DNA of 61,241 bases from Verrucomicrobiota bacterium (lineage in GTDB: Bacteria > Verrucomicrobiota > Verrucomicrobiia > Limisphaerales > UBA9464). The stretch covers positions 1 through 61,241 of the forward strand of contig DAOMZG010000003.1 in NCBI GenBank assembly GCA_035437945.1. The letters run 5' to 3'. Position 1 is the stretch's first letter. Each line of letters opens with the position of its first letter. The position numbers and the translations under genes are program-made. Below the pieces are notes generated by a model. That model saw only the letters and a program-made list of their open reading frames with translations, had not been told where the DNA came from and did not search any database. Shown here piece by piece: positions 39,251-47,200 of the stretch.

Positions 39251-39967
39251 ATGATGCCTCAACTCCACGAGAATGGTCTGGCCCAACAACCCTGGCTCAG
39301 TGAATTCCTTCGGTTGCGCGGATTTCAGCGCAATGGAGTGAACTCATTCTCCAACGGGCGGGCGCTGCTCCGATTTGAGGGACAGCAGCTCATCGCCACG
39401 CCCGCCGACAGCGGCAAGTCGTGGCGATCAGATCTCTCCGAGGTCGGACCGAAAGCCATCTGTTTTGTGCTAACTCAAATCCTTTCCACACCCGGATTCC
39501 TTTCGCCGGAGGAGGTGGCCTTTCGGGCCGTCCAACAAAGCGCAGCCGAAGAGGCGCTCCACCAAGTTGGTGAAAGCATCCGGCAGAATCCCGAATCCCC
39601 GACCAGCCAACACTTGCGCCGCTTCGTTTGGTCGCTCTTCAACGGACACCACGCCCTCAATCTGTGGCGGTTGAAGGACAGTCTCGACGGCGAACGGGCA
39701 GCCGCAGTCGCCCAAGCATTCAGCGGCTGGATGCAGGGGTTCGTTTCCGAGGAGAAACTCCGGCGGGGATTGGTCGATTCCGGGGAGATGGCCCGTTGGA
39801 ACGAGGTACATTTGTCCGACCCCGATCATGCTCGCCTCACGGATGCCATGAATGCCGTGAAGGACCTCCTGAATTCGGTTCCACCCTGTGCCCAGTTCAC
39901 TCGGCTGACCCTGGCCAATGAACTACTCCAACAGGCGATGGACTCGTTGCGGGACGTCAGAAAGTAG
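39251..39967 (+). CDS. hypothetical protein (possibly DUF7673-like)
   Basis: 238-aa ORF. The segment RRFVWSLFNGHHALNLWRLKDSLDGERAAAV resembles a motif I recall from ICE/plasmid accessory proteins. Recognition is weak. Confidence 0.55.
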   Translation: MMPQLHENGLAQQPWLSEFLRLRGFQRNGVNSFSNGRALLRFEGQQLIATPADSGKSWRSDLSEVGPKAICFVLTQILSTPGFLSPEEVAFRAVQQSAAEEALHQVGESIRQNPESPTSQHLRRFVWSLFNGHHALNLWRLKDSLDGERAAAVAQAFSGWMQGFVSEEKLRRGLVDSGEMARWNEVHLSDPDHARLTDAMNAVKDLLNSVPPCAQFTRLTLANELLQQAMDSLRDVRK

Positions 39968-40016
39968 GGATCCATCGCAGAAGTCGCTCATGTAATCACC
40001 CTGACTCGATGGACAC

Positions 40017-40817
40017 TTAGTCTTCCGTAATCCAGTAGAAGTAGGGGCCTGGGCCGCCGGCGTCCGAATCTGTGTAAAAGGTTTGTATTCCCATCGACTG
40101 GATAGCATCGCCGCCTGGCCGAACTTGGAAACTCCCAGTGAGGGAGTCTGCGCGTCTTACGGTGTACGTCTTGCCCTCTTTGCTCGCCCACTTGATCTTC
40201 AGTCCCTCCCCTGTGATTTCGATGTCCGATGACAACCAGAGGGGATAGTCGGTTCGGTCAAACGGATTTGTTCCACTCTCGATCTCAGCGAAGTCCGGAA
40301 CTCCATCGCCGTCGCTGTCGTAGAGAGTCGGAGCTTTGCCCTCGACCAAAAGGTCGAGACGTTCGACCCGGCCGCGACCCGGGCCGCCCGGGCCAGAACT
40401 GGCGCCAAAGGTAAAATTGGCGGCAGCGGGGTTAACAAAGGCCGCAGCCTGCTGGTCGCAGGTCGCCGAACGCGTGTAAGGCGTTTGGCCTGAGGTTAGA
40501 GCGAGGGAGTTCGGGGTCGGCTGAAATGTTTGGCCCGCCACCGCGCGCGTTTCGAAGGGAATTCTGGCTACATAAAAGACTTGGCGATTCACCACGATCA
40601 TTCGCGCCGGAACGTTCGCCGAGTTACCCCCGCCTTGGACGTTCAAGGCCACCGCTGAGGCCTGAACTGGATTTCGCGTGGCGCTATCGAGCACCTGGCC
40701 GTACACCACCAAACCAGGTTCTGGAATCGCCGGCACAGGTTGACCTATGCAAAGTTGAAAACCAGCACTGAAGGCAATCGACCATAGTGCGATCGTCCGA
40801 ATCGGACTGATGTTCAT
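40017..40817 (-). CDS. secreted protein with a thrombospondin-type-3-like Ca-binding motif; last gene of the toxin operon
   Basis: AAGGAG lies 7 nt upstream of ATG 40817. Signal-like N-terminus: MNISPIRTIALWSIAFSAGFQLCIGQ. It has a DSDGDGVPDFAEIESGTNPFD motif and a beta-rich C-terminus. Confidence 0.75.
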   Translation of the reverse strand: MNISPIRTIALWSIAFSAGFQLCIGQPVPAIPEPGLVVYGQVLDSATRNPVQASAVALNVQGGGNSANVPARMIVVNRQVFYVARIPFETRAVAGQTFQPTPNSLALTSGQTPYTRSATCDQQAAAFVNPAAANFTFGASSGPGGPGRGRVERLDLLVEGKAPTLYDSDGDGVPDFAEIESGTNPFDRTDYPLWLSSDIEITGEGLKIKWASKEGKTYTVRRADSLTGSFQVRPGGDAIQSMGIQTFYTDSDAGGPGPYFYWITED

Positions 40818-41285
40818 TGGAAACTCCTTGGGAACTTTTCAGTCCGCTGTCCAGGTGGTCGTCGACAACTTGGAACAAAGCATCGATTTGCCGAATCCAA
40901 GCAGACCATTCCAAACGCCGTGTGAAGTAGAGCATTCAAGGCGAACTGGAGGGATGATAGGCGGATTGTTCCGGTCTTGTCATTCGTGAATTTCGGCAAA
41001 TCCACAGTCATTGTAAGCCCTACTCGCGAGCAGTCCGGGAGTTTGGTGCGGGCATGGTCTGGAATCGCCAAAGTCCCGCGCCACAACCGCATTTTTATAG
41101 CTGTCTTCAAATCCCTGATTCTCTGGCAAAATAACTGGCAAATGGCCGTTAAGTTTATGGGTGAATAGTAACATGCTGGCACTAGTGATTGACGGGGCAG
41201 TAGTCGTACTGGTCTGCGCGCGCAAGGAATCCAAAGCGTCAACAACAACTCGGCTTGCTTATCAAGCAGCGAACGAAAGAGGGTC

Positions 41286-44200
41286 TTATTTCTGGTTTTT
41301 GTCGGTTTCTCCATATGTTGATGCATTCCCTTTTGGATAGTCAACTACGACATCAAGAGTCGTATCAGAGCTAGTCGTCCTGTATTCTAATAATTTACTG
41401 AAAAACCGAGACTCGGTTTCAATGCAGCCATGAGTATATCCCTTGTCTGAGTCATGCACATAAAAATCTCCGCGCCCATACATTTTATTCCCGCTATCGG
41501 GTTCAAGAGCGGCGCGTCGATTTCCCCAATCTCCCTCAGTTCCTTGCGCCCCATAGGTGAAACATTGCCCGTCCGTCCTGCAGGCTTTCTCTGGAATCTG
41601 TTCGATTCCTCGCTCTTTGCTCCTAGTGATCTCGCCTGTTCTGGAATCGACAGGCGCCGTTCGGTCCGGAGATGGACGCAAGTTGATCTTGTAAGAACCC
41701 TCAGGCAATGGTCCCCCGCTCGCCAGGCCCGCCTTCTTGTTCTGAAACATCGCCGATTGCATACCCGGAATTCCAGAGGTAGCTTTGAACGTATCAAGCG
41801 GCTTGCTGGTGTCGCCTTTGTTCCCAGCGTACCAAATAAGCTTTGTTCCTGTGTACTTCAGCCAGTCGAGTCCGTTGGGATCGATAGAATTCACCGGTCG
41901 ATTGATGCAGTAAGAGTAAAGATTTAGCATTTGTGGGGTGGACAAGAATCGCACTAGCCTACCCCTATCCAGTGAGTCAGCATTTTCATAGAGTCTGTCC
42001 ACGCTCGTAAATCTGGACATGCCAGGGCATCTGAATCGAGCTCCAAAATACTCCAATAGGCTTTCTTGATCGGTTTCCTTTTGAGTAAATGTGTAGATCT
42101 CCGTGATATTGCTCTGATTAGCGTTAGCCCGGGAATGACCGAACGCGTAGAAATAGCGGTCTGCAATCCGGGAACCTTGTGAGTCCGTTACTACGCTTGC
42201 CGAACCAAGGTGGTCTTGATGGTAATAGCGAATTCGCAACTCGCTTGCCGGCACTTCCAGCGTTGTTGGAGCATCCGTCGGTGCCATGAAGCCATCGCCC
42301 ACGGCCAGTGTTGCCGGGAAATCGGATTGACTGGTCAAGTTGGTCGCGTAGTGGACGCGCCAGGTCTGAATCGCTCCGTCAAATTTCCAGAGGGCAATGT
42401 CCGCCCTCACCCCTAAGATAGGGAGTTCTTCCAGTCCCGCGCCGGGCTGGAAACTTGCGCCGGCAGGGGCGGTGCGATTCAGGGGGTCGGTGTATGCGCC
42501 GGTGACTTGAGCGGTGCAGTTCGTCGCGGCGTTGATCCAGAGCACTGTGCCGGCGGGCAGAGCGTCTGTCGGGATAACCGATAGCCAAGAGCCGGTAGCC
42601 GAGTTCCATTGCACGGCTGCAGGCAGAACCCCCTCACCCAGGCCCTCTTCCCCCGTGGCGGAGAGGGAAGCAGAACTGCGGAGTTGATTGAGCGCATTGG
42701 TGACGGTGACGGTGACGGCGAGGGAGACGAGGTTCCAGCCGGGCCAGAGGCGGAAGCGTTGGACGCGCTGGTTGGTGGTGAATGAACCGGTCACGCGTGC
42801 CACGCGGGTGTTGCCGTTCCAAACGTATTTGGTGGGCGCATCGTGCTCGCGGACTTCGAAGTATTTGTCGGGATAGAGAACGGATTCCACCTCACCCCGG
42901 GCCTCTCCCCCAGCGGATAGGGAGCTCTTTTTAGCGACGCGTTTGATGATGCGGCGGTCGGCGTAGTCGTAGGTATATTCGGCGCGCATCTCGGAGTTTT
43001 CCACGGCAATGAGGCGATCCTTGAAGTCCCAGGTGTTGGTTAGGCCGTCAATGAGGGTCATGTTGCCGTTGGCATCGTAGGGATATTCTCGATTTGCGAT
43101 TTGCGATTTGCGATTTGCGAGTGAAGTGAGCGCGTGGGGGCCCGGTGAAGCGCTTGAGGCGCGACCGATTCTACCGGACTTTCCCGTACTCCCTCCATAA
43201 CTCATGTCGCCGAGGTCGGTGACAGAAAGTCCCTTTTCCAAATGCACGATGTCGGAGTGTTGCGCGAGCATGTTGCCGATGCGGTCGTAGCTGTAGCTAA
43301 TGAAATTGGTTGAGGGAGGAGAGTTGAGGGTTAAGGAATTGTACGTCGCGCGGGTGATGCGGTAGAGGTCATCGTATGCAAATACTTGGGTGTTGCGGCG
43401 CGGGTCATCCAGCGGCACGGCGGAGGCCGGGCGGTTGTCGGAAATGGACCTGATGTTGGAAACGCCGTCGAAGTCGTAGGTGAAGTTTATTAATTGAGAG
43501 TTGAGGGTTGAGGGTTGAGAGACCGTGAGGAGCGAGTTGAGTCGGAGTCGAGGGTCGTAGCCGTAGGTGGTACGCACCCCGTTACCGTAGTCAATCCACG
43601 CCAACTGGTCGGACGGCTGATAGAGAATGTTGGAGATGACGAGGCCGCCTCGGGTCAGGCCGTTCACGCCACCGATGATTTTTTGCAGAAGATTCCGGGC
43701 ATTGTAGGCGTAGCCGATCTGGTCGTTGTCCGGATAGGTCAACGTGGTCGCGCGATCAAGCGAGTCGTAAGCGTAGCCGGTGCGATAGCTGACGAGCGGA
43801 GTTGAGGGCTGAGAGCTGAGGGTCGAGAGGAATTGTGGGTCGGGGATGCGTTTGATGACAGATTCGACGCGGCCACGGGAATCGTAAGAGGTGTGTTCCT
43901 CTCCGGAAAGGTCTTGTGCCCACGCCAACATTCCCTTGGTGTTATTGCCGCTGGCATAGGTGCCGTCGCCCACGGGGACATTCGAGTCGGGGACGTCATA
44001 GTGGTACAAGACATCCGGCGTACGCCCCAAGGCGTCGAGGTAGTCCTCGGAGAGCAGGCGGTTCACGCCGTCGTAGGTGTATTGGATGTGCTGAGATTTG
44101 GCGTCAACGGTCTCGCGGAGATTCGAGGCGGCGTCGTAAGTGTAAATCATTACGCCCCGGTCGGGGTCGTTCATGAAGAGCTTTCGCTGCAGGCCATCGT

Positions 44201-47200
44201 AGCGAAACCACTTCTGGTTGCTTTGGCTATCGGTAATGTGGGTGAGGTTGTCGTTGAGGTCGTATTGGTATTCAGTGGGCCATTCCTTGATCGTGCCACT
44301 CGGCGTGCCGTCGTCATTCAAGCGCACGACTTCGAGAACTTTGATCAGACGACCCAGTCCGTCTAAGCACTGGACCATCGGGGTATCATGATATGGAGAC
44401 GCAGGATCGCTGTCGTTTTCATCAAAAAGGCGCCTTTCCAACGGGAGGATTTGCGTGATTGCGCGAGCGCGAGTGAGTTCATTCGTCAAAAGGGTAAACG
44501 TTTCGGGAGGATTGATCGTGATGATTTCGCGCCCGGTCGGATCGGCACGTTTGTCGGTTTTGACAACGGGATCGCCATTCAAGCTCGCCGTGGGCGGCCG
44601 CCCGGTGGGCCAAACCTGGCCGAAATGCGGCGGGCTGGAATCATCGGCGCCAGCCTCGATTTCATAGGGAAGCCATTCGGACTGCATCCCCATTCGGCGG
44701 TTGTAAGATTGTGCTCCGCTGATAATCCACCGCCCGGCGGTATCGCTTTCCTTAGCCTCGGCCAGTTTTCGCCCACAGCCGTCGGTGTAAGAGACCATTA
44801 CATGCGCGCCGGGCTGGCTGGCCACTTCGCGCAAGCGCGTCATCACGCGGCTGGAAGCGCGGATGCTACCGGAAGAACTGAGGGTGAGATTTCCCGCGCG
44901 GTCGTATTGATACACGCGGCTGCGATTCGGGTCAGCGGGCGAGTATTCGTAGGTCGCAGTCGGGAAGGCTGGGCTATCCAACGGTTTTACGATGGCCACG
45001 AGTCGAGCAAAACTGTCGTACTCGTAGCGGGTGAGGTTGCCATTGAAGTCCGTGGAACTGGTGATGACGCCGAACCCGAGGTCGTAGTCGGCGGAAATGA
45101 CAAGATCAGCGTTAGCACCGCCTACCACGATGGTTTCGTTTACCGGATAGGTTCGGAACGCGGTGTCGTAATCAATGCGCCGGGCATGGCCCGCGGCGAG
45201 GTTTCCCGGAGTACCCAATGGATCGAGGGTGGCGATGCTGTTGCCGAACGGGTCATATTGAGAGCGAACCTTCTGTACCACCGATCCTGCGGGCAGACGT
45301 GGATCGCCCGGGCGATCGGACTGATCCGTAAGGGCCGGAAGCGCGGCGGAGTCGGTAACGATTTGTTCGACTCGATGCAATAGGGCGCGGTCGCCGATCG
45401 TCCCGAGCGGAAGCCCCTGGAAGGCAGGGCCGTCGTAGAAGTTCCTTGTCTCCGAAACGAACACTCCGTTCTCGTCCGTGACTCGCATACGCGCCGGCTT
45501 GTCAATGATCCAACGATGTAGGGCTTCGCCACCATGTGAATACTCAGTGGATGAGAATCGTTCATCGTCGTAGTCCCCAGGAGCGACGACTCCGAAGTCG
45601 CGCTGGAGGGTGAGATTGCCGAAATCATCATAGTCGCTGGCCTTCGCCGTAACGCGCGGCGGACGCGGGGGGTGCGCCAAGGCGATTTGAAGGAGGCCAT
45701 TCGCTTCAATGATTTCTTTGGTAACAGAGGAGACGAAGGCAAAGGAGACGGAGCGACCCGAACCGCCCTGACCGTCCCGAACCCCAACCTCAGGCGAAGC
45801 CGACGCGAAACGTCCCGGCGGCGCGAGCGCGGGATCGATAGGTCGATAAAGCCGTCGAATTTGCCACTCCTGGCGGATCCGCGAATAGACGTATTGATCA
45901 GGGGTCATTCGGACTCGCTCCGCCGCGTTGACAGAATTGAAAACGCTCCAGCAGCCTCGGTCGAAGTCCGCGCCGTCGTCAGTGTTGTAAAGCACCCAAG
46001 GGTCGAGTTTCTCTTCCCACACTTGGCGACCCTTCAGGATTTCTTCCTCACGCCCGCCTTCTTCGGAGATTTCGTCCACGGGAAGAGCGCCATTCCATCC
46101 CAAAGGATACTCGTCGTTGTCACGGCCGTCGGCGGCGCCAGTCAAGTAACGGAACCGGGTTACCAGAGTCGGACTGCTGACCTGTCCGGTGGGACTATTT
46201 GTCGGATTCCAACCTGGGGCCCGCACCAACCCTTCTCCCCAACTGTCGCCCATTGGACTCGTCACCAAGTTCGTCGCGGCGATGACGTCGTCGCCATAGT
46301 CGATGCGCTCAGCAAAAGCGAATCCTCGAAATTCTCGCTCGAACCCATCGAAATAGGCGTCGCGATAGCGAAATTCGCTGAGGTACTGGTCGGTGGTTCC
46401 CAAGTCGGAGTCGTGCACGCCATCGAGGTCGAAGCCGCAGGTGGTGCGGATACGCCGGACGACTTGAAGGGGAAAGGGACACCAGGTCTGCCAGGGATGC
46501 TGGGATTCACGAGCACGGATCAGGTCATCGACGGCATTTCCATAGGTGATCTCGGTGACCTTGCCGAGACTGTTGTCGATTCGCGTCAGCAGGTTGGGCT
46601 TTCCCCCGGGAAGCAGATCCAGCCAATAGAACGAGTTCTCTATTCCAGTATTGCACCAAATGAGATCGGTCGAACCGTTGGCGTTGAGGTCGGCTTGGCG
46701 GAACGTGGTCGGCGCAAACATGTCTCGCGGCAGATAACGCGGCAGATTCGCGTGAGTAAACGGAGTGGACCACTGGCGCCCGGCGATGTTGATCCGCAGT
46801 TCGAGCCAGGAACTTGAACCTCCGTCGCTGTGCAGCAGCGCGATATCAGCGAGGCCGTCGCCAGTCAAATCTTGGACCAACAGGTCGCGGAGATCGAAGT
46901 GGTCAACTTGGAATGCATCACCGGTGGCGAGGCTCATTACGCGCATTTCGCCCCAGCGTCCGATCGCGCAATACGGCCAATAACGGACGGTCAGCGTGGC
47001 GCAAATTCCGCTGCCGCTCAGTTCGAGATAGACTAAGTCTTGCAGGCGATCGCCGTTCATGTCGGCCAGATGCACTTCGGGGTTAGCAGCGCCATTCTGC
47101 TCGAACGAGAAGTCAAAGCCGACCATGTCGGGATTCATTGGAATCGGTCCAAGCTCGGTCCAAGGGCCGTCGTCGCGTTCCCGAAAATAGTAGTAGAAGG

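Larger units (their letters stand above)
16463..39967. mobile_element. plasmid-like / integrative-mobilizable backbone (T4CP, relaxase, TA modules, recombinase, parA, oriV, repA)
   Basis: Transfer, stabilisation, partition and replication genes co-occur here (individual features below). Boundaries are only the outermost recognisable genes. No att sites or tRNA were identified. Confidence 0.6.

Noticed and set aside
40814-41344. 176-aa ORF overlapping the RHS 3' end, as a possible immunity gene
   Set aside because: It is R/C/P-rich, overlaps the toxin gene by 59 nt and has no hydrophobic core pattern. The only point in its favour is the ATGA overlap with the next gene. I kept it only as a possibility under the immunity-slot finding.
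43515-46817. Several 96-381-aa plus-strand ORFs (for example 44388..45383 and 45672..46817)
   Set aside because: They are antisense shadows inside the 7.5-kb RHS gene, whose own frame carries SpvB, FG-GAP, YD and RHS-core motifs throughout.
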